Assembly (NCBI GenBank): GCA_965247095.1
Contig: OZ251997.1
Span: 928,001 to 992,000 of the forward strand
Reading direction: 5' to 3'
Length of the DNA: 64,000 bases
DNA from: Candidatus Multivorans sp.
GTDB lineage: Bacteria > Acidobacteriota > Thermoanaerobaculia > Multivoradales > Multivoraceae
The notes beneath the pieces are model-generated. The model was not told the DNA's origin and made no database searches. It was given only the letters and a program-made list of their open reading frames with translations. A program made the translations under genes and the position numbers. Each line of letters starts with the position of its first letter. The first letter of the stretch is position 1. Below are positions 9,322 to 19,263 of the stretch, piece by piece.

Positions 9322-12300
9322 CGCGGACCGGGCGGCGGCGGGCCGACGTACTCGCAGTGGCCTCGCGCGCCGAGCAGCTCTTCGATCTCGCTCTTGACCG
9401 CCTGATCGACCGGCGCACGGCTGCCGTTGGCGCCCGCGGTGACGGTCATGTCGTCGAGTTCGATCCTGAACTCCACTTCGACCCCGCCATTCGGTCTGCC
9501 GTTCGAGCCACGATGACGGTGCCGATCGAGCAGGTCGCGGAGGCGTTCCAGGTCGTCACCCAAGACGTTGCCGCCGGCGCCCGCGGTGCTCGTGCCGTCG
9601 AGGTGGATGCGGAGGCGCCGGGTGAGCTTCGCCTCGGCCTCGGCAATGCCGATCACCTTGCTGACGAGCAGGTTCGGGTCTTCGCGACGCCGGTCGACCC
9701 GGCCGGTGAAGAACAGCACGGCGCCTCGATCCAACGCCGCCTCGTGCTCGGCGTAGGCGTCCGCGAACAGGACGCCTTCGATCCGGTCGCTGCGATCCTC
9801 GAGCTGGACGATCGCCATCTTCTGGCCAGGATTGCGCCCCTTGCGGGTGCGGGTGGTGCGGATCCCGCCGAGCAGTGCGCCCAGGACCACTTCGGTGTCA
9901 GCCGGCAGCGCCTTCAACTGCTCGACATTCACGTTGCCGAACCGCTCGAGGAGCTCCCGGTGATCGTCGAGGGGATGGCTGGTGGCGAAGAAGCCGAGGG
10001 CCTCCTTCTCGTGGGCCAGGAGCTCGGTTGCGCTCCAGGGCGGCACCGACGGCAGGTCCTGTTCGGGCTCGTCCTCTTCGCCAGCGTCGGCCGCGGTGCC
10101 GAACAACAGGCTCGACTGGCCGCTCTCGCGATCCGCCGCGGCCCGCTGACCGGTCTTGATCGCCGGTTCCAGAGCCTGGAGCATGGCCGCGCGCTCGTCC
10201 TTGCCATGGACTCCGTCGAAGGCGCCCGACTTGATCAGGGCGTCGATTGCGGTCCGGTTGACGAGCTGCAGCGGCACCCGCCGGCAGAAGTTCCACAGAC
10301 TGCGGAAGGGGCCGCCCTCGTTCCGCGCTTCGAGGATCGCGTGCACCGCCTTCTCGCCGACGCCCTTGACCGCGGAGAGTCCGAAGCGGATATGCCCGTT
10401 GCCGCTGCGGCGCTCCTCCCCGGGCTCGAACACGACGTGGAATCGGACCCCGGAGCGGTCGATGTCGGGCGTGCCGACCTCGATCCCGGTGCGGCCGTCC
10501 GGGAGCTTCACCCGGGCGCACTCGTCGACGTACTTGACGAGCTTGTCCGTGCTGTCGGCGGTGTAGGTGAGGACCGCGGCCATGTACTGGACCGGGAAGT
10601 AGGTCTTCAGGTAAGCCGTCTGGTAGGCGAGCAGGGTGTAGCCCACGGAGTGGGACTTGTTGAAGCCGTAGCCCGCGAACTCCTCGATCAGGCTGAACAA
10701 CTTCGTGGCCTGGACCTTGCTCAGTCCCTTGTCCTGGGCGCCGGATAGGAAACGTTTCCGTGCGGCATTGATCGTCTTGCGGCTCTTCTTGCTGATCGCC
10801 TTGATCAGCGTGTACGCCTCCCGCAGCGGCACGTCGCCCAGCTCGTGGACGATCTGCATGACCTGTTCCTGGAACACCATGATGCCGTGGGTTTCGGCGG
10901 TGTGGCGGTCCACGATCTCGTGAACCTTCGGCGTCGCCTCGCGACCGTGCTTGCGGTCGCAGTAGGTCCCGATGAGCGCCATCGGGCCCGGGCGGAAGAG
11001 GGCGTTGGCGGCAACCAGGTCCTCGAGCCGGTCGGGCTTCATCTGCAGCAGCAGGTTGCGCATGCCCTCCGACTCGAACTGGAAGGTGCCCGCCGTGTCC
11101 GCGCGGGCGAAGACGTCGAGCACCTTCGGGTCGGCGAGATCGATGTGGTCGAGATCGAGGGGATCCCGGCCTTCGGCGGTGCCGGGAACCGCCTCGACGA
11201 TCGCCTCCGGCGGCAGCGTCTCGCGCACCAGTTGGCGGCAGCGCTCGATGATGGACAGGGTCGTCAGACCGAGGAAGTCCATCTTGAGCAGGCCCATTTT
11301 CTCGACCGTGGGACCGTCCCACTGCGTCACCAGAACGTCCTTCGACCCCTGGGTACGGCTGGTGGCCAGCGGCACCAGGTTCTCGAGCGGCTGGGTCGCG
11401 ATGACGAGCCCGGCGGCGTGGACGCCGCTGTGCCGGGTGATCCCCTCGAGTTCCCGGGCGGTGTCGACCACCTCGCGGACCTGCTCGTCGCCGTCGTAGA
11501 GCCCCTTGAGCTCCTTCTCGCGCTGCAGCGCCTGGTCGATCGTCACCCCGAGTTCGGCGCCGATCAGCTTGCAGATGCGGTCGACCTTGGCGAGCGGCAA
11601 CTGGTGCACCCGTCCCACGTCGCGGATCGCGGCGCGCGCCTTCATCGTGCCGAAGGTGATGATCTGGGCGACGTAGCCGTACTTCTCGCGGACGTACTCC
11701 AGGATCTCGGCACGACCGTCCTGGCAGAGGTCGATGTCGATGTCGGGGTACTCGCTGCGGTCGGGATCGGTGAAGCGCTCGAACAGCAGCCCGTAGAGCA
11801 CCGGGCAGGCGTGCGAGAGGCCGAGGGCGTAGCCGACCATGGTGCCGACGCCCGAGCCGCGCGCGGTAGCCGGGATGCCGCGCTTGCGCGCTTCGTTGAC
11901 GAAGTCCCAGACGATCAGGAAATAGGCGCTGATCTTCTTGTCCGCGAGCACCGAGAGTTCGTGGTCGAGACGCCGCCGATGCGCCTCTTCGACCTTTCCC
12001 CGATAGCGCCAGGTCAGGCCCGCCAGACTGAGTTCACGCAGCGCCTGGTCGCATTCGACCTGGAACCTGGCGAGCTCCTCCTCGTTCGACTGGACCGCCA
12101 GCGGCTCGACGTGGAAGCCGGAGCAGAAGCGCGCGAACCACCTGCTGGTCCCGGGCGCCGGCGCCTCTTCGCCTGCCGGCAGCGGTTCAGGGTCCGTGCG
12201 CTCGACCCGCACCAGGGGAGCGTGGTTGGCGGAGAAGTCGAGTTCGACGTTGCAGCGGTCGGCGATCCGGCGGGTGTTCGCCATGGCCTCCGCGGTCTCC

Positions 12301-13130
12301 GGGTCGGCGAAGAGCGCGGCCATCTGCTCCGGGCTCTTGACGTAGAGTTCCTTCGGGTAGTGGAGCCGGTCCTCGTCCTGCTTGTTCTTGCCGGTCGAGA
12401 CGCAGATCAGCGTGTCGTGGCTATCCCAGTCCTCGGCGGTCAGGAAGTGGGAGTCGTTGTCGCATACCAGGGGCAGGTCGAGCTCCCCGGCAAGGCGCAG
12501 GATCTGTTCGTTGACCTTGTCCTGCTCCGGTGTGTCGTGCCGCTGCAGTTCCAGGTAGAAACAGGGCTCGCCGTGCTCGTCACAGGCAAAGGTCTGCCGG
12601 TGCCACTCAGCTTCCTCGCGGGCGCGCTCCCAGTGGCTGTCGGCGCCGGTCTCGATGTGCCGCCTCAGGTGGTAGGCGAGGGAGGAGCCGAGGTGCCCGT
12701 TGATCGCGATCAGCCCTTCGTTCCACTGCCGGAGGGTCTCCTTGTCCATCCGCGGCTTGTAGTAGAAGCCCTCGAGGAAACTGTCCGACGAGAGTTTGAC
12801 CAGGTTGCGCCATCCCGTCTCGTTGCGGGCCAGCAGGACCAGGTGAAATCCGCCGTCGGCGACGCCCTGACTCTCCTTGTAACGGCGGTCGGACGTCTCT
12901 GTCTTGATGTCCGGCGCGACGTAGGCCTCGATGCCGAGGATCGGCTTGATGTCCCTCTTCCGGCATGCCTGGTAGAAGGCCACCGCGCCGAACAGGTTGC
13001 CGTGGTCGGTGAGCGCGACCGCGTCCATGCCGAGCCGCGCGATGCGGTCGACCAGGGGCGCCATCCGATTGCCCCCGTCGAGCAGCGAGTACTCGGAGTG
13101 GAGGTGGAGGTGGACGAAGTCCGGGGCCAT
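9318..13130 (-). CDS. dnaE: DNA polymerase III alpha subunit
   Basis: FVHLHLHSEYSLLDG, ALTDHGNLFGA, RGSG, LLFERF..PDR...PDIDID, FQFES, YGFNKSH and C-terminal OB fold. Start set at the ATG of MAPDFVHLH. Confidence 0.97.
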   Translation of the reverse strand: MAPDFVHLHLHSEYSLLDGGNRMAPLVDRIARLGMDAVALTDHGNLFGAVAFYQACRKRDIKPILGIEAYVAPDIKTETSDRRYKESQGVADGGFHLVLLARNETGWRNLVKLSSDSFLEGFYYKPRMDKETLRQWNEGLIAINGHLGSSLAYHLRRHIETGADSHWERAREEAEWHRQTFACDEHGEPCFYLELQRHDTPEQDKVNEQILRLAGELDLPLVCDNDSHFLTAEDWDSHDTLICVSTGKNKQDEDRLHYPKELYVKSPEQMAALFADPETAEAMANTRRIADRCNVELDFSANHAPLVRVERTDPEPLPAGEEAPAPGTSRWFARFCSGFHVEPLAVQSNEEELARFQVECDQALRELSLAGLTWRYRGKVEEAHRRRLDHELSVLADKKISAYFLIVWDFVNEARKRGIPATARGSGVGTMVGYALGLSHACPVLYGLLFERFTDPDRSEYPDIDIDLCQDGRAEILEYVREKYGYVAQIITFGTMKARAAIRDVGRVHQLPLAKVDRICKLIGAELGVTIDQALQREKELKGLYDGDEQVREVVDTARELEGITRHSGVHAAGLVIATQPLENLVPLATSRTQGSKDVLVTQWDGPTVEKMGLLKMDFLGLTTLSIIERCRQLVRETLPPEAIVEAVPGTAEGRDPLDLDHIDLADPKVLDVFARADTAGTFQFESEGMRNLLLQMKPDRLEDLVAANALFRPGPMALIGTYCDRKHGREATPKVHEIVDRHTAETHGIMVFQEQVMQIVHELGDVPLREAYTLIKAISKKSRKTINAARKRFLSGAQDKGLSKVQATKLFSLIEEFAGYGFNKSHSVGYTLLAYQTAYLKTYFPVQYMAAVLTYTADSTDKLVKYVDECARVKLPDGRTGIEVGTPDIDRSGVRFHVVFEPGEERRSGNGHIRFGLSAVKGVGEKAVHAILEARNEGGPFRSLWNFCRRVPLQLVNRTAIDALIKSGAFDGVHGKDERAAMLQALEPAIKTGQRAAADRESGQSSLLFGTAADAGEEDEPEQDLPSVPPWSATELLAHEKEALGFFATSHPLDDHRELLERFGNVNVEQLKALPADTEVVLGALLGGIRTTRTRKGRNPGQKMAIVQLEDRSDRIEGVLFADAYAEHEAALDRGAVLFFTGRVDRRREDPNLLVSKVIGIAEAEAKLTRRLRIHLDGTSTAGAGGNVLGDDLERLRDLLDRHRHRGSNGRPNGGVEVEFRIELDDMTVTAGANGSRAPVDQAVKSEIEELLGARGHCEYVGPPPPGPR

Positions 13131-13268
13131 GCTCGGTAGGAAGAGTCTACGCCGCGGGCGAGAAGCCGGGACCGTGCCGCGCCGCTGTGACGGCGCTAGC
13201 TTCTCACCGCCGAGGCGCCGGCGCAAGCCTCGGAATCGGGCTTTCACCCGTCCTTTTCGTCTAAGTCA

Positions 13269-15497
13269 GTGTGGCCGCGGCCCCAAAGGTCAGCCAAGAG
13301 GACCCCGGCGCTGGTCCAGGCGCCGCTCCTGCCCCTGGCCGCAGTGCTCGTGGTCGCGCTCGTTGCTGATGGGCGCGGCCGCGAGCAGCTCGGCGTCCTT
13401 GACCCTGCCCGGCCGGTCACTGCCGAAGTCGCTGTTCCCGCGCTTGGGGCAGCGGCGTGGCAGCGCGCCGACGACGGCTGGGCAGCGCGGGTCCGGGTCA
13501 TGGCGGTCGAGCAGGCGGGGCGCCAGGTCGGAGGTCCGGATCGAGCCTGGCTTCGGCTGCGCGGTGGTACGCCGCCGCCGCCGGAGCGGCAACTCCGGGT
13601 GCGCGGATACTTCAGCCGTCGCCAGTCCTACCTGAATCTGGATGTTTCCAGACCGGGAGACTGGGGGCTGACCGTGAAGAGCCGGCTGCTGCTGACCGGC
13701 ACGGGTGAGGCGCCGGGTCGCCTTCAGCAGGCGGCGCCGCAATTGCGGCATCGGCTCCTCGACGCGGTGAGGTCGACCGACCGGCCGGGCGCCATCCTCG
13801 CCCAGGCGCTGGTGTTCGGAGATTCGCGCCGCGTGCCGCCGGATTGGAAGACCGGACTGCGTCGCACCGGTCTGTCCCATCTGCTCGCGGTGTCGGGTCT
13901 CCACGTGGGATTGATCCTGGGGGGCTTCTGGTGGCTGTTCAGCGGCATCTCGAATCGGCTGACCGCATTGGGCGGCGTCGCGGTCCTCCTGCTGTACGGC
14001 TGCCTCGTCGGTCCGCGGCCGTCGCTGCTGCGAGCGGCGGTCATGGCATTGCTCGTCATCCTCGCGCTGGTCCTCGAACGGCCTCCGCAGGCGCTGAACT
14101 CGCTCTGCGCCGCGCTGATCGTGATCCTGTTCTTCGACCCGGCGGCGGCCTTCGATCTCGGCTTCCAGCTCAGTTTCCTGGCCACCGCGGGGATTCTGCT
14201 GCTGGCGCCACGGCTGCTCAAGTCGTGGCGGCGACGCGGAGTCGCGGGGCCGGCTGGGCATGTCGCCGTCGCCCTGGCGGTGACCGTCGCCGCCCAGCTC
14301 GCCACCTTGCCGGTCACGGCGGTCCGGATCGGCGTGCTGACGCCGCTGGCGCCGGCGCTCAACCTCGTGTTCGTGCCCTGGACGGCGTTGGCGCTGGGGG
14401 TTTCCCTGCTCTGGGTCGCCGTGGCGGCCGCCGCCTCCATGCCCCTGGTGTCGACGGTCGCCGAGCCCGCCGCGGCCGTGCTCCTGGGGATTCTCGACGC
14501 TCTGAGCCTGCCCTTCGCGTGGCTCGCGGAACTGCCTCCGGGCGCCTGGCTGGCAGTGCCGGTGAGTGTCGAATTCGGCGCCGCGGTGACGCTGGCGATC
14601 TGGCTCGGGATCCTCCTGTCCGGATTCCGGCGGGCCGCCTACGGGCTGTCGCTGGTTCTTGTGTGCACGCCGACGCCGGGCGCCCCTGAGCCGAGTCTGG
14701 CGATGCTGGACGTGGGCCAGGGGGAGGCGCTGCTGCTGCGGAGCGGCGATCGCGGCCCGGTGATTCTGGTCGACGGCGGAGGGTTCCGTCAGGGCAACTT
14801 CGCGGAGGTGGCGCTGCTTCGGGCCCTGGCCGCGGAAGGGGTTCGTCGGATCGACCTGGCGGTCCTGTCGCATGGGGACGCGGACCATTGCCAGGGTCTG
14901 CTCGAACTCGCCCGGTATCTGTGGGTTGAGCGTCTGTGGGCGGCGCGGGTGGAAGTCCAGGACGGCTGCGGCCGGGAGCTGGCCGAGCAGCTCCAGGGAC
15001 GCGTGGAGCTGGTCGAGCGCGGCCACGCGGAGGCAGTCGGCGTCTGGCGGCTCGAGGTCCACCACCCGGGACCGGAACCGGTCGCTGACGGCAACTCCGC
15101 CTCTCTGGTGGTCCGCGCCTGTGCCGACGGCTCGTGCGTCTTGCTCACCGGCGACCTCGATCTGTCTGGCGAGAGGGAGCTCCTGGCCTGGACCCGAAGC
15201 CGGGGAAGGTCCCTTCGAAGCGACGTGCTCAAGGTCGCTCATCACGGCAGCCGCACTTCGAGCGGTGCGGAGTTCCTCGACGCCGTGCAGCCGCGGCTGG
15301 CGCTGATGTCGGCCGGCCGACGCAACTCGTACGGCCACCCCTCGCCTGAAGTGGTCGAGCGAATCGAAGGTCGGGAGGCCCGTGTCCTGCGCACGGATCG
15401 TCACGGGCGGATCGAGATCCGCTTCCGGGGCCACGGCTCGGGTCCTCGGCGGCCCGTGTACGAGGTCGCGGCGTGGCCGCGCAGGGGCGTCGACTAG
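13269..15497 (+). CDS. comEC: ComEC/Rec2 competence protein
   Basis: TGLSHLLAVSGLHVG, GFQLSF, LDVGQG, LSHGDADH, LLTGDL, LKVAHHGS, NSYGHP motifs. Confidence 0.92.
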   Translation: MWPRPQRSAKRTPALVQAPLLPLAAVLVVALVADGRGREQLGVLDPARPVTAEVAVPALGAAAWQRADDGWAARVRVMAVEQAGRQVGGPDRAWLRLRGGTPPPPERQLRVRGYFSRRQSYLNLDVSRPGDWGLTVKSRLLLTGTGEAPGRLQQAAPQLRHRLLDAVRSTDRPGAILAQALVFGDSRRVPPDWKTGLRRTGLSHLLAVSGLHVGLILGGFWWLFSGISNRLTALGGVAVLLLYGCLVGPRPSLLRAAVMALLVILALVLERPPQALNSLCAALIVILFFDPAAAFDLGFQLSFLATAGILLLAPRLLKSWRRRGVAGPAGHVAVALAVTVAAQLATLPVTAVRIGVLTPLAPALNLVFVPWTALALGVSLLWVAVAAAASMPLVSTVAEPAAAVLLGILDALSLPFAWLAELPPGAWLAVPVSVEFGAAVTLAIWLGILLSGFRRAAYGLSLVLVCTPTPGAPEPSLAMLDVGQGEALLLRSGDRGPVILVDGGGFRQGNFAEVALLRALAAEGVRRIDLAVLSHGDADHCQGLLELARYLWVERLWAARVEVQDGCGRELAEQLQGRVELVERGHAEAVGVWRLEVHHPGPEPVADGNSASLVVRACADGSCVLLTGDLDLSGERELLAWTRSRGRSLRSDVLKVAHHGSRTSSGAEFLDAVQPRLALMSAGRRNSYGHPSPEVVERIEGREARVLRTDRHGRIEIRFRGHGSGPRRPVYEVAAWPRRGVD

Positions 15498-15523
15498 GGC
15501 CAAGGCGCGGCTATCCTGCGGCC

Positions 15524-16516
15524 ATGCCGGAACTCCCGTGGCAGGTCATCGCGGTCCTCGGCCCGACGTCGACCGGCAAGAGCACGTTCGCGATGCAGCT
15601 TGCCGAGGATCTCGGGGGGAAGGGCTTCGAGACCGAGTTGATCAGCGCCGACGCGTTGCAGGCGTATCGCGGCTTCGACATCGGCACCGCCAAGCCGGGG
15701 CCGCGAGCGCGGACCCGGGTGCGGCATCACCTGGTCGATGTGCTCGAACCGCATCAGGTCTTCTCGGCGGGAGAGTTCGCGCGCCGGGCGCGCGCCGCGG
15801 TGGAGGAGATCGAGGGGCGGGGCCGTCTCCCGATCCTGGTGGGCGGCGGCGGCTTCTACCTTCGTGCGCTGTTCGAGGGCCTGGCGCCGGTGCCGCCGGT
15901 TCCGCCCGAGGTGCGGGCCGGCTTGCGGAGCGAGCTGCGATCCAGAGGCCTCGAGGTGCTGCTTGAGGAGCTGCGGGTCGTCGACCCGCAGAGTGCGGCG
16001 GCGCTTTCGGGCGGCGACACGCAGCGCATTCTGAGGGCGCTGGAGGTGGTTCGTTTCACCGGCCGCACCCTCCCGAGCTGGCATCGCAGGGGCTCGGACC
16101 TGGCGCTCGACAGGCGAGTGCTCAAGCTCGGTTTGACCCTGCCGAGAGCCCTTCTGTACGATGCCATCGAGGCGCGGGCCAGACGCATGCTGGAGCGTGG
16201 CTGGCTGGCCGAAGTGAGGCGCCTGCGGAAACGCGCGGGCGTTTCGGGCGGGCGGTCCTGGGTTGAGTTGCCGGCGTGTCAGGCCATCGGCTACCGGCAG
16301 TTCGCCGATCATCTGGATGGGAAGTTGACGCTGGAGCAGGCCTTGGAGGAGACGATCCGCGCCACGCGCCGTTACGCCAAACGGCAGGAGACATGGTTCC
16401 GCCGCGAGACGGATGTGCGGTGGATCGACGCCTCGGGCAGGGAATGTGTGGAGCGGGCACTGCAGGGGATCGTCGAGGCCGTAGCCGGAATCCGAGCGGA
16501 CGGGGTGACGGAGTGA
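15524..16516 (+). CDS. miaA: tRNA dimethylallyltransferase
   Basis: GPTSTGKS, ISADALQAYRGFDIGTAKP, QAIGY, TRRYAKRQETWF motifs. Confidence 0.96.
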   Translation: MPELPWQVIAVLGPTSTGKSTFAMQLAEDLGGKGFETELISADALQAYRGFDIGTAKPGPRARTRVRHHLVDVLEPHQVFSAGEFARRARAAVEEIEGRGRLPILVGGGGFYLRALFEGLAPVPPVPPEVRAGLRSELRSRGLEVLLEELRVVDPQSAAALSGGDTQRILRALEVVRFTGRTLPSWHRRGSDLALDRRVLKLGLTLPRALLYDAIEARARRMLERGWLAEVRRLRKRAGVSGGRSWVELPACQAIGYRQFADHLDGKLTLEQALEETIRATRRYAKRQETWFRRETDVRWIDASGRECVERALQGIVEAVAGIRADGVTE

Positions 16517-17844
16517 AGACGCCGCGGCCCGCAGCGACCGTTCTGGCCGTCCTTCTTGCTGCCTGCGCCGGTTCAACGTCGAGGCCGGAGCCGCCGCAGC
16601 CGGAGGCCTCGTTCGACTATCGGGGCGGCCCGATCCTCCGTCCACCGCTCGAAGGCTTCAAGGAGAACATCCCCGAGCAGAGCCGCTACGAACTGGCCTC
16701 CGCGTGGGAGGCGCTCAACCGAGGCGAGTTCGAAACGGCGCGGAGCGGTGCGGAGACGCTGCTCGGAATCGATCCGACACTGCTGCCGGCCACCGTAGTG
16801 CTGGCTCAGGCCTATCTTGCTGCCGGGGATCCGGAGCGGGCGTTCGAACTCCTCGCTGAGCCGTTGGCCGGCTGGCCCGAATACACCGCCGGCCAGCTCG
16901 TCTACGCGCGGGCGGCGGAACTCACCGGCGATGCCGTTGCCGCCTACGGCGCCTACCGCGGCATAGCGGGCCTCGATCAGGAGGCGGCCGCCCGGGCCGC
17001 GGCCCTTCGCGCCCGGGCGACAGCGGAACTCGGCGCACGGACCGGGGGTGCCCTTGACGCGGGCCGGTTGGCGGAAGCCGGCGCGGCGCTCGCAACGCTG
17101 CGGACGTGGGCGCCCGACGCCGCGGCGACGGTCGATCTGCGGCGGCGTCTGGCGCGCGCCCGCGGCGACGTGGAGGAGGAGTTGGAGGCGACGCGGGTAC
17201 TGATCGCCGGCGGCGAGGCGTCGCTGGACCTGCTGCAACGGCAGGCCGCGCTCGAGGTCGAGAGCGGTGACGCCCGCGCCGGCCTCGATCTCTACGAGCG
17301 GCTCGCGGAACGCCATCCGGACAACGTGGAGATCGCGGCGGCTCTGGCAGTCGCTCGATTCACCTGGCGCACGAAGCTGCTGCCGGACAGAGTGGCGCGG
17401 CTGCTCGACGCTTCGAGCCTGTTGAGGGGTGACTTCGCGGCGCTGACGTACTGGCTCGTTGCGGGCGTACGGACCGGTTCCGCCGGCGATACGGTGATTG
17501 TCAGCGACATCGTGGAGCATCCCCAGCGCCGGGAGATCGCCCGGGTCCTGAACCTGGGGCTGATGGCGCCGGTCGATGCGGCGGTGCGCCGGTTCGCTCC
17601 CAATGAATACATGCGCCGGGGCCCGGCGCTGGCCACCCTGCTTCGCATGCCGGGGCGCATCGGCAGCGGCGCCGCCTGTGTCGGGGATGGCGGCGGTCCG
17701 GCGGCCGACGACACGGACGCCGTGTGCGAGGCGGCTCATCGTTGTCGCCTGATCTCCGAGCCCGCGGAATGCCGGCCCCAGGCGGCGATCTCGGGGGCCG
17801 AGGCCATCGAGGCGCTGCGCCGCACCCTCCATCTGATCCAGTAG
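16513..17844 (+). CDS. TPR-repeat lipoprotein with C-terminal SLH-like region
   Basis: GTG start overlaps the miaA stop; lipobox LLAA-C; Ala-rich TPR-like helices; SDIVEHPQRREIARVLNLGLM...FAPNEYMRRG resembles an SLH domain. Confidence 0.65.
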   Translation: MKTPRPAATVLAVLLAACAGSTSRPEPPQPEASFDYRGGPILRPPLEGFKENIPEQSRYELASAWEALNRGEFETARSGAETLLGIDPTLLPATVVLAQAYLAAGDPERAFELLAEPLAGWPEYTAGQLVYARAAELTGDAVAAYGAYRGIAGLDQEAAARAAALRARATAELGARTGGALDAGRLAEAGAALATLRTWAPDAAATVDLRRRLARARGDVEEELEATRVLIAGGEASLDLLQRQAALEVESGDARAGLDLYERLAERHPDNVEIAAALAVARFTWRTKLLPDRVARLLDASSLLRGDFAALTYWLVAGVRTGSAGDTVIVSDIVEHPQRREIARVLNLGLMAPVDAAVRRFAPNEYMRRGPALATLLRMPGRIGSGAACVGDGGGPAADDTDAVCEAAHRCRLISEPAECRPQAAISGAEAIEALRRTLHLIQ

Positions 17845-17894
17845 ACCGCGCCGCCGGCAGCTACCAGCGATCCAAACCAGCCGGAGACCGTTTC

Positions 17895-18518
17895 ATGACC
17901 TCATCCCGTCCCGCCGCGATGCCCGCTCTCGACCGGGAGCGCGCCGTTGTTGTCGTGATCGACATGCAGGGCCGGCTCGTCGACCTGATGCACCGACCCC
18001 GGATGATCATCGACGGCACGGCCCGGCTGCTGCGGCTGGCGCAGATGTTCGACCTGCCGGTGATCGTGACCGAGCAGTACCCGCGGGGGCTGGGTTCGAC
18101 CCGCGAGGAACTGGCGGCGGTGATCGAGGAAACGGATCCGGACGGCAGCCGCACACGCAGGGTGGAGAAGGAGTCCTTCGGCTGCTGTGGCGAACCGGGG
18201 TTCGAGGAGGCCCTGGCGGCAGCGAGACCGGGTCTCGCTCCGGCGGATCAGCAGGTTGTCGTGGCCGGGATCGAGGCCCACATCTGCGTCGTGCAGACAG
18301 TGCTCGATCTCGTCTCGCGCGGTACGGACGTCCATGTGTGCTGGGACTGCGTGAGCTCGCGGGGCGAGGAGTACCGGCGCCACGCGCTCGAGCGGATGGG
18401 CGCGGCCGGCGCCCAGATCACAAACCACGAATCGGTTGCCTTCGAACTTGCACGCGACAAGAACCATCCCCAGTTCAAGGGCGTCAACCGGTTGCTCCGT
18501 GAGGGCCAGATCGCTTGA
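17895..18518 (+). CDS. Isochorismatase-family (YcaC-like) hydrolase
   Basis: VIDMQ, TEQYPRGLG, EK.SF, GIEAHICV motifs; GGAG RBS before ATG 17895. Confidence 0.9.
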   Translation: MTSSRPAAMPALDRERAVVVVIDMQGRLVDLMHRPRMIIDGTARLLRLAQMFDLPVIVTEQYPRGLGSTREELAAVIEETDPDGSRTRRVEKESFGCCGEPGFEEALAAARPGLAPADQQVVVAGIEAHICVVQTVLDLVSRGTDVHVCWDCVSSRGEEYRRHALERMGAAGAQITNHESVAFELARDKNHPQFKGVNRLLREGQIA

Positions 18519-19204
18519 CCGGCCCGGTGCGGCTGCCGGTCCTGGCTGCGGTGTTGATCCTGGCGGCGGCGCCTCTCGCCGCTCAGCCGACGACCCCGGA
18601 CGCCGGCGACGCAGAGGCCGCGGTGCGGGCGACGTTCGAGGCCTACCGCCAGGCGCTGATCGCCGGTGACGGCGAGCGGGCGGCTGCCCTGGTCGACCGC
18701 GAGACGGGCGACTACTACCGGGAGCTGAAGCGGCTGGTCCTCGATGGCGGCGAGGAGGAGGTGCGGCAGAGGACCTTCGTCGACCGCTTCCTGATCGTGG
18801 CCTTCCGGCACCAGTTCGACGCTGCGGAGTTGACCGCGATGGAACTGGCCGACGTGATCGCGCGGGCGATGGAGATCGGCTGGATCAACGGAGCGGCGAT
18901 CGAGCAGCTCGCTGTGGGCGAGGTCCGGATCGAAGGCGACGAGGCGTATGCAGCCGCCCGCACGCGGGCGTCCCTCGAGGACCCTGCGCTCGGCGGCGGC
19001 GTCGACGAACTGGAGTACCGCTTCGTGAACGAGGGCGGGACCTGGAAGTTCCGTTTCAGCGTGCTCGTGTCGTCGATCGACGAGGTGATGCGCAACCTGG
19101 CCGCGCAGCTTGGCGCGGACGAGGACGACCTGATCTTCACCCTGGTCGAGTCCCTGACCGGAGTCGAAGTGCTGCCCGAGGTCTGGGACGCGGTCGAGCC
19201 CTGA
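18515..19204 (+). CDS. Secreted hypothetical protein (NTF2-like fold suspected)
   Basis: Signal peptide; VRIEGDEA and FVNEGGTWKF strands; strong GC3 codon bias. Confidence 0.6.
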   Translation: MTGPVRLPVLAAVLILAAAPLAAQPTTPDAGDAEAAVRATFEAYRQALIAGDGERAAALVDRETGDYYRELKRLVLDGGEEEVRQRTFVDRFLIVAFRHQFDAAELTAMELADVIARAMEIGWINGAAIEQLAVGEVRIEGDEAYAAARTRASLEDPALGGGVDELEYRFVNEGGTWKFRFSVLVSSIDEVMRNLAAQLGADEDDLIFTLVESLTGVEVLPEVWDAVEP

Positions 19205-19263
19205 TCGGGCGCCGCCGCGGGCGCCCGGCCCTCGCCGGCGGACGGCCGCGCCCGCTTTGGGGG

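Noticed and set aside
9318-13130. Intein in DnaE
   Set aside because: No splice-junction or homing-endonuclease motifs, and the extra length is too small.
10845-13139. Long antisense ORFs (also 13290..15503, 23447..26050, 28147..31359, 30993..33287, 45499..47145, 59701..61080)
   Set aside because: They mirror well-supported genes on the opposite strand, an expected artefact of high GC3, and carry no recognisable motifs.
19204-19263. GC hairpin upstream of the DUF4159 operon as a terminator or repeat copy
   Set aside because: No U-tract and no similarity to the two-hairpin repeat; not distinguishable from background.
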